NCBI GenBank assembly: GCA_963793865.1
Contig: CAWCBP010000001.1
Span: forward strand, 960,001 to 1,024,000
Source: an uncultured delta proteobacterium
GTDB taxonomy: Bacteria; Desulfobacterota; WTBG01
Length of the DNA: 64,000 bases
Direction of reading: 5' to 3'
In this document: piece by piece, positions 11,533 through 21,634 of the stretch
Numbering within the stretch: position 1 is the stretch's first letter
How the letters are laid out: every line of letters starts with the position of its first letter
Notes under the pieces: generated by a model
Told to the model about the DNA's origin: nothing
Database searches by the model: none
What the model saw: only the letters and a program-made list of their open reading frames with translations
Made by a program: the position numbers and the translations under genes

Positions 11533-11850
11533 ATGGCGGGCGGCATGAAAGAGATTAAAAATAACAAAAGTCAAAAAGTCGTTCCCTTGGAAGGACACAG
11601 AAGCAAAAAGCAGGCGAGGGATTCAATCCTGAATGTCCTTCGTGACACGCGTGCGACCGCACGTGCAATCCAGGTTAAGACGTGCCTTCTGTGCATGGCC
11701 AAGAAACTGTGCGTTAATAAAACCGGCCTGTGCGCCGCATGCTACGGCAGCTTAAATCCCCGCGAAAAACAGATTGCCGACAGCGAGGCGGCGCATAAAA
11801 TCATTACCATTTCGGTATCCGATGACAGGTGGCCGGATAGCGATAAATAG
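11533..11850 (+). CDS. small hypothetical protein with Cys cluster (putative Zn finger)
   Basis: CLLC...C...CAAC; fills the gap upstream of queD. Confidence 0.6.
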   Translation: MAGGMKEIKNNKSQKVVPLEGHRSKKQARDSILNVLRDTRATARAIQVKTCLLCMAKKLCVNKTGLCAACYGSLNPREKQIADSEAAHKIITISVSDDRWPDSDK

Positions 11851-12003
11851 TAATATAAATGAGCGCTCTTGTAAACAATTTGCTTGATTGCCTGTTTTTT
11901 TAAAGTGTACCGTGCCCGATATCGGTTGACTCGGTGATGAAATGCTGCTATTTTCGCAAACGTTTGAATCACCATCCTGCTGAACCATCAAAGCGCGCCA
12001 GTC

Positions 12004-12381
12004 ATGTACCAGGTATCAATTGAAACCCACTTTTCGGCTGCTCACCGGCTTAGAAATTACAAGGGGCTTTGTGAAAATTTGCACGGTCATAATTGGAAGG
12101 TGGAGGCCACCGTTTGTTCCGAAACATTGGACAGTGCCGGAATGGTTATAGATTTCAATATATTAAAGCATAAGACTAAGGCTATTGTTGATGTTCTTGA
12201 CCATCAATACCTGAATGAAATTGATCCCTTTCATGAAACAAATCCCTCTTCTGAAAATGTAGCCGCTTATATCTTCGACCGGCTGTCCATTGCACTGAAG
12301 GATGATCCTGTCAAGCTCATCAGCGTTTCCGTCTGGGAGTCTGACAAGTCAAAAGCCACATTTGCACCTTCGGGTCGTTGA
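12004..12381 (+). CDS. queD: 6-carboxytetrahydropterin synthase
   Basis: FSAAHRL, CENLHGHNW, DHQYLN, PSSEN, VWES. Confidence 0.95.
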   Translation: MYQVSIETHFSAAHRLRNYKGLCENLHGHNWKVEATVCSETLDSAGMVIDFNILKHKTKAIVDVLDHQYLNEIDPFHETNPSSENVAAYIFDRLSIALKDDPVKLISVSVWESDKSKATFAPSGR

Positions 12382-12384
12382 ACC

Positions 12385-13173
12385 ATGCCCCACAAAAAAA
12401 TGATTGCCGATGTTCAGAGCAGCCGGGACTATCGCAAGGTTGACATCAACAAGGCCGGGGTGAAGGGGATAAAATATCCCATAATCGTGCTGGATAAGAA
12501 GAATAAAACCCAGCACACCATTGCCACGATTAACATGTACGTAGATCTTCCCTGCCGGTTTAAAGGCACGCACATGAGCCGGTTTATTGAAATTCTCAAC
12601 CGCTACCGTCAGGGCATCACTGTAAAAAACCTTTTTACCATCCTCAAGGAGATGAAAAGGAAGCTGAACGCTAAATCAGCTCACCTTGAAATCGAGTTTC
12701 CTTACTTCATAGAAAAAACCGCCCCCGTATCCAAGGCCAGGAGTCTGATGGAATACACATGCCGCTTATGGGGTTCGTTGAATGACAGGCTGGATATCAG
12801 CCTCGGCGTTGAAGTGCCGGTCACCACGCTGTGCCCCTGCTCCAAGGAGATGAGCTCGAAGGGAGCGCATAATCAGCGCGGAATCGTTTCAGTAAAAATC
12901 AGATTTAAGGGCCTTTTCTGGATTGAAGACGTCATAAAAATAGCCGAAAAGTCGGCCAGCTGTGAAGTGTATTCACTCCTCAAACGGCCGGATGAAAAAC
13001 ACGTGACCGACAAGGCGTATAACAATCCAATGTTTGTGGAGGATGTTGTGCGCACCATCGCCGGCAAGCTTCGGAAAAACGCAAAGATTACCTGGTTCAG
13101 CGTGGAATCGGAAAATCTGGAGAGCATCCACAATCACAGCGCCTACGCCCTGGTTGAAAAATCACTGTGCTAA
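12385..13173 (+). CDS. folE2: GTP cyclohydrolase I type 2 (FolE2)
   Basis: KGTHMSRF, TTLCPCSK, AHNQR, NPMFVEDVVR, ESIHNHSAYA. Confidence 0.96.
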   Translation: MPHKKMIADVQSSRDYRKVDINKAGVKGIKYPIIVLDKKNKTQHTIATINMYVDLPCRFKGTHMSRFIEILNRYRQGITVKNLFTILKEMKRKLNAKSAHLEIEFPYFIEKTAPVSKARSLMEYTCRLWGSLNDRLDISLGVEVPVTTLCPCSKEMSSKGAHNQRGIVSVKIRFKGLFWIEDVIKIAEKSASCEVYSLLKRPDEKHVTDKAYNNPMFVEDVVRTIAGKLRKNAKITWFSVESENLESIHNHSAYALVEKSLC

Positions 13174-13176
13174 CAA

Positions 13177-13845
13177 TTGATCAACCCCGGCATACCGCAG
13201 AAAGAACGTATGTGCATCATCTCATTTGACCTGGACGGCACCCTGGTCACAGACGAGTTCAGCCGGACCGTCTGGCATCAGGGCATGCCTGAATTGTACG
13301 CGGAGCAATACGGCTGCGGAGTGGATCAGGCGAAAGAACTCCTGCTGGGCGAATATGACAAGGTGGGCGATGACGCACTGGAGTGGTATGACATTCAGCA
13401 CTGGCTGAGTCGCTTTCAGCTCAACGCCGATTGGCAGAGCCTGCTTTCAAAATTCAGGCATTTTATCAGGATCTACCCCGAGGTCAATGAGGTGCTCCAT
13501 CAGCTCAGCCGCCGTTATGAGCTGATGATCACCTCCAATGCCGCGCGGGAATTTCTGAATACTGAAATTGAAGCCGCCGGAATCGCACCCTATTTCAAGC
13601 ACGTGGTTTCCGCTACCAGCGATTTTCGGAAGGTCAAAAAGGACCGCGATTTTTATCTTGAGCTGTGCCGAACCATTGACGTGAGCTTAAGCGATGTGGT
13701 GCATATCGGTGATCATTTCCGGTTTGATTATCTCGTTCCCTGTGAATTGGGTATCAGGAGCTTTTTTTTAGACCGAAGCGGATATCGAACCGGGCCGTTT
13801 ATGGTAGGAAACCTGAAGGAATTTGTCTGCAGGCTTGAGGCATAA
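13177..13845 (+). CDS. HAD-superfamily hydrolase
   Basis: FDLDGTL, ITSN, HIGD motifs. Confidence 0.88.
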   Translation: MINPGIPQKERMCIISFDLDGTLVTDEFSRTVWHQGMPELYAEQYGCGVDQAKELLLGEYDKVGDDALEWYDIQHWLSRFQLNADWQSLLSKFRHFIRIYPEVNEVLHQLSRRYELMITSNAAREFLNTEIEAAGIAPYFKHVVSATSDFRKVKKDRDFYLELCRTIDVSLSDVVHIGDHFRFDYLVPCELGIRSFFLDRSGYRTGPFMVGNLKEFVCRLEA

Positions 13846-13885
13846 TGGTTTTACTCAACAACCCATGATTCCCGAGGAGGAACCT

Positions 13886-14551
13886 TTGAAGCTTACCAGC
13901 AATCTTTTTTTCTATCCCTGGACGAATTATTCAATTAACAATTGTAACACCTGTCTGATTGGCGATAAAAGTTTTATCATGATAGATCCCGGTCTTGACT
14001 TCTGCCTGAATGAGGTGCTCGCCGAGATAAGGAAGGACGGGATCGATCCGGAACAGATCAATCTGGTCATAACCACGCATAGTCACCCGGATCATTTTGA
14101 GGGTGTCAGAAGTTTCGTCAACAAGGGTATCAAGCTGTCCCTTCACGAGGATGAAGATGCTTTTCTCCGCAAACACGGCAACGGTTTTTATAGCATGTTC
14201 GGCATTACCGTGCCTTCCTACCGGGTGGAATCGTATCTTACGGAAGGGGCATGTGAATTCAACAATATCGCCATGGAAATTTACCATACCCCGGGGCATT
14301 CACCCGGTTCCGTTTCCCTTTATTTACCTGACAGCAAGGCGCTCATTGCAGGGGATGTCATTTTTCAGGCCGGGGTGGGAAGGACGGACTTTCCCGGCGG
14401 CAATGGCAAGCTCTTGAAGAAAAGCATAGACAGACTGGCAATGCTGGATACGGAGTATCTGCTTCCCGGCCACGGCGACCTTGTAAAGGGGAAAGAAAGG
14501 GTGAAAAGGAATTTTGACTATGTTGCCGATGTGTACTATGGCATGATTTAA
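13886..14551 (+). CDS. MBL-fold metallo-hydrolase (glyoxalase II-like)
   Basis: THSHPDH, TPGHSPG, GD, PGHG; GAGGAGG RBS before TTG at 13886. Confidence 0.88.
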   Translation: MKLTSNLFFYPWTNYSINNCNTCLIGDKSFIMIDPGLDFCLNEVLAEIRKDGIDPEQINLVITTHSHPDHFEGVRSFVNKGIKLSLHEDEDAFLRKHGNGFYSMFGITVPSYRVESYLTEGACEFNNIAMEIYHTPGHSPGSVSLYLPDSKALIAGDVIFQAGVGRTDFPGGNGKLLKKSIDRLAMLDTEYLLPGHGDLVKGKERVKRNFDYVADVYYGMI

Positions 14552-15990
14552 CGTTCCTGACTGCTGTCCGGGCATGTTTGCGAACCCACCTGCGTGACCA
14601 TGCGGTGCGGATCTACAAGCCGGTCAAACTCTTCAGCGGAAACATATCCCAGTTCACCTGAGGCCTCTCTTAATGTGATACCCCTGCCCTGAGCCAGCCG
14701 GGCGATCTCTGCGGCCCTGTCATACCCGATGACAGGTATCAATGCGGTCACCAGCATGAGGGACCGGTCCAGGAAGGATTCTATCCGTTTTCTATCCGGC
14801 TCCAGCCCCATCAGCAGATAATCGTTAAAGCGCTCGCAGCCATCCGAGAGCAAGCCGATGGATTTAATGATATTGTAGATGATGAGCGGTTTATATGCGT
14901 TCATCTCCAGATGGCCGCCGGCACCGGCGAACGTGACAGCGGCGTCATAACCCATCACCTGGACCGCGACCATCGCCAGCGACTCGCACTGTGTGGGGTT
15001 GCATTTTCCCGGCATCATTGATGAACCCGGCTCATTGGCCGGCAATGCGAGCTCATGAAGCCCGCAGCGTGGACCGCTGCCCAGCAACCTGATGTCATTG
15101 GCCATTTTATACAGTGAGCATGCCAGGGTTTTAAGGGTCCCGCTGGCCATGACCAGCGCATCGTGCGAACCCATGACCGCAAACCTGTTTGCTGCTGGCT
15201 GAAACGGCATCCCGGTCATTGCCGCAAGGTGTTTACAAACACCCTGCGCAAATCCCTGCCGTGCGCCAAATCCGGTCCCTACGGCAGTACCGCCAATGGC
15301 TGTGCTGTACAGCTGCGTCAACACCTCCTCAAGCCTCACCAGATTATCACCAAGCATGGCAGCGTACCCTGAGAACTCCTGCCCCAGGGTAAGAGGCAGG
15401 GCATCCTGCAGGTGGGTACGGCCTATTTTGACAATGCCGGACCATTGTTCCGCCTTTTGATCAAACCCGTTTTTAAGTTTTCGAATGTTCGGGATCAACC
15501 GCCCCTGTATTCCCATGGCAGCCGACAGGTGCATGGCGGTCGGGAACACATCATTGGTGGACTGGGAAAGATTAACATGATCATGGGGATGGACGGGATT
15601 TTTGCTGCCGATGATACCTCCCGCACGCTCAACCGCCCGATTGGCAATGACCTCATTTACATTCATGTTCGCCTGGGTGCCGCTACCGCTCATCCACACG
15701 CTTACGGGAAACTGGTTATCCAGTTTCCCGTTGATGATCTCCTCGGCTGCTTCAATAATATACCCGGCCCTGTGCTTTTCAATTAATCCCAGCTCCAGGT
15801 TTGTCAGGGCCGCTGCCTTTTTAATCATTGCCAGCGCGCGTATCACTTCTGCAGGCATGCGATCTGATCCGATGTCAAAATGACGCAGGGCCCTCTGTGT
15901 CTGAGCGCCCCACAGCCGGTCAGCGGGAACGGCAACTTCACCCATGCTGTCTGATTCCATGCGCACCGGCTTCGAATCATCAGCTGCCAT
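14548..15990 (-). CDS. fumC: class II fumarate hydratase
   Basis: WGAQTQR, SGTQANMNVNEV, GRTHLQDA, GSSMMPGKCNP. Confidence 0.93.
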   Translation of the reverse strand: MAADDSKPVRMESDSMGEVAVPADRLWGAQTQRALRHFDIGSDRMPAEVIRALAMIKKAAALTNLELGLIEKHRAGYIIEAAEEIINGKLDNQFPVSVWMSGSGTQANMNVNEVIANRAVERAGGIIGSKNPVHPHDHVNLSQSTNDVFPTAMHLSAAMGIQGRLIPNIRKLKNGFDQKAEQWSGIVKIGRTHLQDALPLTLGQEFSGYAAMLGDNLVRLEEVLTQLYSTAIGGTAVGTGFGARQGFAQGVCKHLAAMTGMPFQPAANRFAVMGSHDALVMASGTLKTLACSLYKMANDIRLLGSGPRCGLHELALPANEPGSSMMPGKCNPTQCESLAMVAVQVMGYDAAVTFAGAGGHLEMNAYKPLIIYNIIKSIGLLSDGCERFNDYLLMGLEPDRKRIESFLDRSLMLVTALIPVIGYDRAAEIARLAQGRGITLREASGELGYVSAEEFDRLVDPHRMVTQVGSQTCPDSSQER

Positions 15991-16025
15991 ACTGTCTCAC
16001 CTCCGAGGGCATGCGTATCACACAG

Positions 16026-17267
16026 TTACATATTCTTTTGCACCGCTTCGGCATAACCGGTTGTGGAAAGCGGCGACACCCCTTCTGCCTGCAGGGCCAG
16101 GTCCCCGGTCATGCAGCCGGAACCAATGGTTACGGCAACAGCCCTTCTGATAGATGCGGCGATATCATTCCAGCCCATATATTCAAGCATGAGGGCACCC
16201 GAGAGCATCATGCCGGTTGGATTAGCAGAGTTTGTGCCCGCAATTCCGGGAGCGGTGCCATGGGCAGGCTCAAAAACGCCCGACTGATGGCCTATATTTG
16301 CTCCGGGCGCCATCGCAATGCCTCCGATTTGGGCTGCGAGCGCATCGGAAAGATAATCGCCGTTCAGATTCGGCGCGGCGATGACATCATACTGCTCCGG
16401 ATAAAGCAAAACCTGCTGCAGCATGTCATCAGCAAGCCTGTCTTTCACCAGCAGCTTCCCTGACGTTACATGGCCCGGCCTGCCCCTGCATTCTTCCTCA
16501 ATCACGATGGCGTCGCCAAATTCATCGCGGGCAACTTCATAGGCCCAGGTCCTGAAGGCGCCCTCTGTGCACTTCATGATATTTCCCTTGGTCACGAAAG
16601 TCACACTTCTCCGTTTATGAGCCAGCGCAAATTCTATGGCCGTCCGCACAAGCTGCTTGGTCGCCTTGCTGCTGATTATTTTAATGCCGATCCCCGCCTC
16701 CGCCGGAATGTCCTCCCCCGTTTTATTTCTGACAAAACTGATGATTTCGCGGGAAAGATCTGAACCCGGCGGCCACTCAATCCCGGCATACACATCTTCC
16801 GTATTTTCCCGGAATAATATCATATCAACCCGCTCAGGATGTGTAACCGGGGCCGGGACCCCGGGTATGTAGCTGAAGGTTCTCACGCTGGCGAACAGAT
16901 TAAGTTTCCGGCGAATGGCCACGTTTAAGCTGCGGTGGCCTGTCCCCACAGGCGTCTCAAGGGGGCCCTTGAGGCACAGCCGGTAATAACGGATTGCGTC
17001 AAGCGTGTCTTTCGGTAAACGTTCACCATAGAAGGCTAATGCCTCACTGCCTGCGTAAAGCTGTAACCAGGAGATTTTTTTGCGCGCCCCGGATATTTTT
17101 TGAACCGCGGCGTCGATCACCCGGCGTGTCACCGGACCGATCTCTCGTCCGATGCCGTCACCATCAATGAAGCAGATTACCGGATCATCCGGGACGCTTA
17201 ACAGTCTCTGCCCGAGCACACAGGGAGTGCCTTCCCGGGGCGGCCGGACATGGTCAAATATCGGCAT
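16026..17267 (-). CDS. icd: isocitrate dehydrogenase (homodimeric, probably NADP)
   Basis: GDGIG, KGPLETPVG, RSLNVAIR, FRENTEDVY, KGNIMK, NLNGDYLSD, HGTAP. Confidence 0.92.
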   Translation of the reverse strand: MPIFDHVRPPREGTPCVLGQRLLSVPDDPVICFIDGDGIGREIGPVTRRVIDAAVQKISGARKKISWLQLYAGSEALAFYGERLPKDTLDAIRYYRLCLKGPLETPVGTGHRSLNVAIRRKLNLFASVRTFSYIPGVPAPVTHPERVDMILFRENTEDVYAGIEWPPGSDLSREIISFVRNKTGEDIPAEAGIGIKIISSKATKQLVRTAIEFALAHKRRSVTFVTKGNIMKCTEGAFRTWAYEVARDEFGDAIVIEEECRGRPGHVTSGKLLVKDRLADDMLQQVLLYPEQYDVIAAPNLNGDYLSDALAAQIGGIAMAPGANIGHQSGVFEPAHGTAPGIAGTNSANPTGMMLSGALMLEYMGWNDIAASIRRAVAVTIGSGCMTGDLALQAEGVSPLSTTGYAEAVQKNM

Positions 17268-17271
17268 GGTC

Positions 17272-18126
17272 TCACATGAATTCATCTAATGCCTTATCAA
17301 GTTCCATTGGGTCTGTCTTCTGTGAAATGAGCGGTCCATTTTTAAGAGCGGTGTGCAGCATTTCATAGGCCGGTCGATCTTTCTTAAAAAGTATGCCCAG
17401 CGGTATTTTTTCGCCCCACTCCTCAGCCTTATGGAAAGCAGCGATTTTATCCGCGGGATTGTAATGCCGGTCAAGATGGTACACCCGGTCCTGATACCAG
17501 GCATAGGTGTGCGTTTGATCAAAACTCACACAGGGCTGAAGAATGTCTAAAAAGGAAAATCCCGGATTATGTATTGCCGCCTTGATTAGCTCTACCAGAT
17601 GATCTTTATTTCCCGCATACCCTCTGCCCACAAACGATGCGTCCTGCGAAATTGCCAGGGCAATCGGGTTGAATGGCGGGATCTGGGAGCCGTGGGGCTG
17701 CATTTTAGTGATGAAACCGAGTTCGGCAGTAGGCGCAGGCTGACCCCGGGTAAGACCGAATACCTGGTTATTATGCACCAGGAGCGTTATGTCGGGATTC
17801 CGACGCATGGCATGAATGAAATGGTTGCCTCCCTCAGCATAACAGTCTCCATCTCCCCCTATGACAATGACGGTAAGCTTATGGTTGGCCAATTTGGCCG
17901 CAGTTGCAATGGGCAGCGATCTCCCATGAAGTCCGTTGATGCCGTTGCATCTCATGTAATGCGGCAGCTTGGCGGCCTGGCCGATTCCTGATACGATGAG
18001 AACCTGGTGGGGACGCAGTCCCAGATCCGCCAGTGCCTGCTTAACGGAGGAGATGATAGCATAATTGCCGCATCCCGGACACCAACTGGGATCAACACCG
18101 CTGTTATATTCATCCAAGGATACCAT
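17272..18126 (-). CDS. 2-oxoacid:ferredoxin oxidoreductase beta subunit
   Basis: WCPGCGN, LHGR, GGDGD TPP motif, LQPCVSF. Confidence 0.93.
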   Translation of the reverse strand: MVSLDEYNSGVDPSWCPGCGNYAIISSVKQALADLGLRPHQVLIVSGIGQAAKLPHYMRCNGINGLHGRSLPIATAAKLANHKLTVIVIGGDGDCYAEGGNHFIHAMRRNPDITLLVHNNQVFGLTRGQPAPTAELGFITKMQPHGSQIPPFNPIALAISQDASFVGRGYAGNKDHLVELIKAAIHNPGFSFLDILQPCVSFDQTHTYAWYQDRVYHLDRHYNPADKIAAFHKAEEWGEKIPLGILFKKDRPAYEMLHTALKNGPLISQKTDPMELDKALDEFM

Positions 18127-19847
18127 CAGCGTTCGACCTCCTTCATGACCTCATCCCGCAGTTCGTCAAAATAAAACGGGCGGCCGTCATATTTCAGTAT
18201 CGTGCCGGACGGCTGCAAACAGGTTGTCTCCCTGATTAAGCCTGAAAGCTGCGACGTGTAATTGTTTTCGACGACCACCCACTTTTTTGCCTGTGATAGT
18301 TCCGCAATCGCTGATTTTACCGGAAAGGGCCACAGCTCCTGGATATGCATCAGGCGAACCGGTATGCCTTCACTGTTTAATGCTGCCGTGATCTCATGCA
18401 GGACACCGTAGGTTGACCCCCAGCCCACGAGAAGCAGAGATGCATCCTGCGCACCCTCAACCCTCGGCGAAGCAGTTTTGGAGAAAACGCCTTCCATCTT
18501 TTTAAAGCGTTTTTTCACCATCCCGGTTCGTATGCCTGCATCCTCTGTTATATGTCCGCTCTCAGTGTGCTCGTGGCTGTCATACATCATCTCCTTATGG
18601 TCCCCGGTAATTGGATACCGTGGAGATATTCCCGTATCCGTAAAACGGTAGCGAAGAAATGCTTCGGTACTCTCCGGAAGCAGCGCCTCTGAAAAAATAC
18701 GCTTATTCATCATGTGATCAAACGTAAATCGCTCTTCCGTGAAACAGGAGTCCGCCAGGTACTGATCGGTGAGTATAATGACCGGCATTTGATACTCATC
18801 GGCGATTTGAAAGGCCTTGATGGTCAGATAAAATGCCTCACGTGCCGTTCCGGGCGCCAGTACTACGCGCGGGAACTCTCCCTGTGCCGCATGAATCACA
18901 AATCGCAGATCGGCCTGTTCAGTCCGGGTCGCAAGACCGGTAGCAGGACCCGGCCTCTGGCTCTCCACAAGCACCAGCGGTATCTCAGCGATCCCCGACA
19001 AACCGAGCGTCTCAACCATCAGGCTGAATCCCCCGCCTGAGGTTGCCGTCATTGATCTGAGGCCGACACAGGATGCGCCGATCGCCATATTTATCGCGGC
19101 GATTTCATCTTCAGGCTGTTCCACCACAAGGCTGAAGTCATGTGCCTTACCCGCAAGATAGGTCAGGATGGATGTGGCAGGGCTCATGGGATAGGCAGCA
19201 TAGAATTGACACCCCGCGGCCAGCGCCCCCAGCGCAATCGCCTCGTGACCGCTTATGAACATTTTTCGAGTCTTATCGGATGAGGGTGATAACGGCAGCG
19301 AAAGGTTGGAGTGAATCTTCAGCACATGGTCGTGTCCTGCACGGGCGGCAGAACAATTGGCCGCCGCAACCTTCTCCTTCTGACCAAAATAGTCTTTTAA
19401 GGTCGCCTCCATGACATCCCGGCTGCCGCGCACAATTGCCACAATCGCCCCCAGGGCAACCGCATTGGAATAAATCTCATCTCCACCGGATTCAAGGGCA
19501 ATCTGCTGCAGGGGCACATCACAGAGGCATCCCCTGAAAGGACCTGAAGGCACCATCGCCGTATCAAAAATAACCACCGTTGTATCTGACAGCCGGTTCT
19601 GATGAGCGTTGAAAGCATTTTGGTTGAGCGCAACTAACAGGTCAAAGGATTTGGTCATGGCCATGACCGGTTTTTGGCTTACCCGGAGGCTGATAAAATT
19701 ATGCCCGCCGCGAATGCGTGATTCATTATCCTGGACGGCAAAAACATGAAGGCCGCTGCGTATGAATATCTTTGAGAGCAGAAACCCGATGGTCTGCATG
19801 CCCTGCCCCGCCGCGCCGGCGATGTTGATGGTGATGACGTTGTTCAT
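18126..19847 (-). CDS. 2-oxoacid:ferredoxin oxidoreductase alpha subunit (gamma-alpha fusion)
   Basis: GAAGQG, SRIRGGHN, YPMSPAT, EDEIAA, TSGGGFSLM, QRPGPATG. Confidence 0.93.
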   Translation of the reverse strand: MNNVITINIAGAAGQGMQTIGFLLSKIFIRSGLHVFAVQDNESRIRGGHNFISLRVSQKPVMAMTKSFDLLVALNQNAFNAHQNRLSDTTVVIFDTAMVPSGPFRGCLCDVPLQQIALESGGDEIYSNAVALGAIVAIVRGSRDVMEATLKDYFGQKEKVAAANCSAARAGHDHVLKIHSNLSLPLSPSSDKTRKMFISGHEAIALGALAAGCQFYAAYPMSPATSILTYLAGKAHDFSLVVEQPEDEIAAINMAIGASCVGLRSMTATSGGGFSLMVETLGLSGIAEIPLVLVESQRPGPATGLATRTEQADLRFVIHAAQGEFPRVVLAPGTAREAFYLTIKAFQIADEYQMPVIILTDQYLADSCFTEERFTFDHMMNKRIFSEALLPESTEAFLRYRFTDTGISPRYPITGDHKEMMYDSHEHTESGHITEDAGIRTGMVKKRFKKMEGVFSKTASPRVEGAQDASLLLVGWGSTYGVLHEITAALNSEGIPVRLMHIQELWPFPVKSAIAELSQAKKWVVVENNYTSQLSGLIRETTCLQPSGTILKYDGRPFYFDELRDEVMKEVER

Positions 19848-20100
19848 GATAAACCCCACGGAATGAACATAACTTTTCTTAAGAAGCGCATAACCTCATG
19901 AAGCGCTTCGAACGACGATATTCACTGTTCAGGCCAACCCGATCTGCTGAGTATGCATTGTCCGGTAAAATGAAATCATTGGATAAACAGCACGCGGCAG
20001 GATGTGTGGCTTCCATCACAAGCTGATGTGACCGGCAGATATCATAGCTCGGATTGCGGCGTAAACAGATATAGAAACGTGAGTACGATAATACTCGATC

Positions 20101-21318
20101 TCATCGTTCAAGGGGAAACTGGTCAACGGCAATCTGTGTCGTTAAGACTTCATCATCAGTCATCACCACGAGGGTGATCTCTTCATCGTTGTCCCCCGCA
20201 TACCAGCCCGGCATGACCAGCAGAAAATTCCACATCATAGTTTCGCTTAAAACCGTCTGCCAGCTTGGGATGACTGATGCTGCAGGATAAAACATGACCA
20301 CGGTGCGCTCATTATTAAAATGGGTGCCCTCGCCCTGAATGCTCATCACCTGCGGAAGTATAAACCATCTTGAACGCCAGAGGGTGGCAGGCACAACCCG
20401 GGTAATTTTCTCAAATCGGACCACTACGGGCCATTCTAAAATAATTTTGTTCGCCGTGTCATTCACAACAATGGTATCGGTAACGGGCTGGTCGGTATTA
20501 TTGAACCCCGCGGTGTATCTTCCGTCAGCATCAAGCTGGCTGTTTATGACCGTATTCAGGTCCCATTGATAGACACCAGCCAGACATCCATCTCCGGAGG
20601 TTTCAGCGGTGAACCGGACCGTCTGTCCAGAATAGACTTCGCTGATACGTGGGCTGATCGTAATGGTACAATCCGGCATGGCCGTGGTGGTGGTAGATGT
20701 CGTCACCACGCATGCCTGATGGCAGTTGACGCAATCGGTTTCTCTGACGGCGTCATGGTTGTTGACCAGATTACAGGTTCCGGGGCTTCCCGTGGGATGG
20801 CACAGAGCGGTACACGAGGCAGCGTCAACATTTCCGGCGCGTCCCACCCCGCCGCTGTGACACAGTGCGCAATCGTTGTGTTCCGGCTGTGCATGTAAAG
20901 AGCCCGCCGCATGACATTTCTTGCACATGCTGTCATGCATGGTTTGCACCGGTATGGTGGTTACCGATGTGCACTCACTGTGGCATGAAGCACATTGATG
21001 ACTGACTACTTCAGTGCATTTATCATGGCAGGTTGTGCAGCAAAATGTTTCTACTGGACCATAACCTTCAACGTTTCGACAGGGTGATGTTTCTGGATCA
21101 CCGCAATGGCACAGCAAGCATTCAGCAGGATTATCTGTAAGGCCAACCTGCACAAAATGGAAACTATGTATAACGCTACGCGTATGGCATTGAAAACAGT
21201 TTTGAACTGCAGGCGGAGCTACGCATTCAAAGGCGTTTAAACTTTTCAATGCATCTATCCAGAAAAAACATGATAGCAAAAATAGCGCAATAAACATTAT
21301 TTTTTTGATCATATGCAC
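20101..21318 (-). CDS. secreted multiheme c-type cytochrome (7 CxxCH + 1 CxxxCH) with C-terminal Ig-like/unknown domains
   Basis: N-terminal signal-like segment; CFQCH, CLLCH, CTTCH, CASCH, CKKCH, CALCH, CTALCH, CVNCH; Thr-rich linkers. Confidence 0.82.
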   Translation of the reverse strand: MHMIKKIMFIALFLLSCFFWIDALKSLNAFECVAPPAVQNCFQCHTRSVIHSFHFVQVGLTDNPAECLLCHCGDPETSPCRNVEGYGPVETFCCTTCHDKCTEVVSHQCASCHSECTSVTTIPVQTMHDSMCKKCHAAGSLHAQPEHNDCALCHSGGVGRAGNVDAASCTALCHPTGSPGTCNLVNNHDAVRETDCVNCHQACVVTTSTTTTAMPDCTITISPRISEVYSGQTVRFTAETSGDGCLAGVYQWDLNTVINSQLDADGRYTAGFNNTDQPVTDTIVVNDTANKIILEWPVVVRFEKITRVVPATLWRSRWFILPQVMSIQGEGTHFNNERTVVMFYPAASVIPSWQTVLSETMMWNFLLVMPGWYAGDNDEEITLVVMTDDEVLTTQIAVDQFPLER

Positions 21319-21450
21319 CTCACCTCATACATGAAATAAAGGACTAGTTAAGCAATCTGCATTCTGGTTCTAATTCTTTCAAATGATGCCGACAAACAAT
21401 CTTCAAGGTGGATTGTACGGGCGACCCTTTTAGGAACGGCATTAAAATAA

Positions 21451-21479
21451 ATACTACTTTTTTTTTGAGGGAAAATCAA
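21451..21479 (-). promoter_or_regulatory. putative sigma70 promoter of the cytochrome gene
   Basis: TTGATT-N17-TAGTAT on the minus strand. Confidence 0.4.
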
Positions 21480-21506
21480 GGAAGGAAAGAAAACAAACTA
21501 TATTTC

Positions 21507-21535
21507 TTGACATGAGCCGGTAAAATTACTAAAAG
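21507..21535 (+). promoter_or_regulatory. putative sigma70 promoter of tRNA-Thr
   Basis: TTGACA-N17-TAAAAG just upstream of the tRNA. Confidence 0.5.
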
Positions 21536-21549
21536 AGAAAGGGATTCAA

Positions 21550-21624
21550 GCCGGCGTAGCTCAGTGGTAGAGCAGCTGATTCGTAATCAGCAGGTCGTCA
21601 GTTCAATCCTGACCGCCGGCTCCA
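21550..21624 (+). tRNA. tRNA-Thr(CGT)
   Basis: Acceptor GCCGGCG/CGCCGGC, anticodon arm GCTGA-TTCGTAA-TCAGC, GTTCAA T-loop, encoded CCA. Confidence 0.96.
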
Positions 21625-21634
21625 ATTAAAGTCT

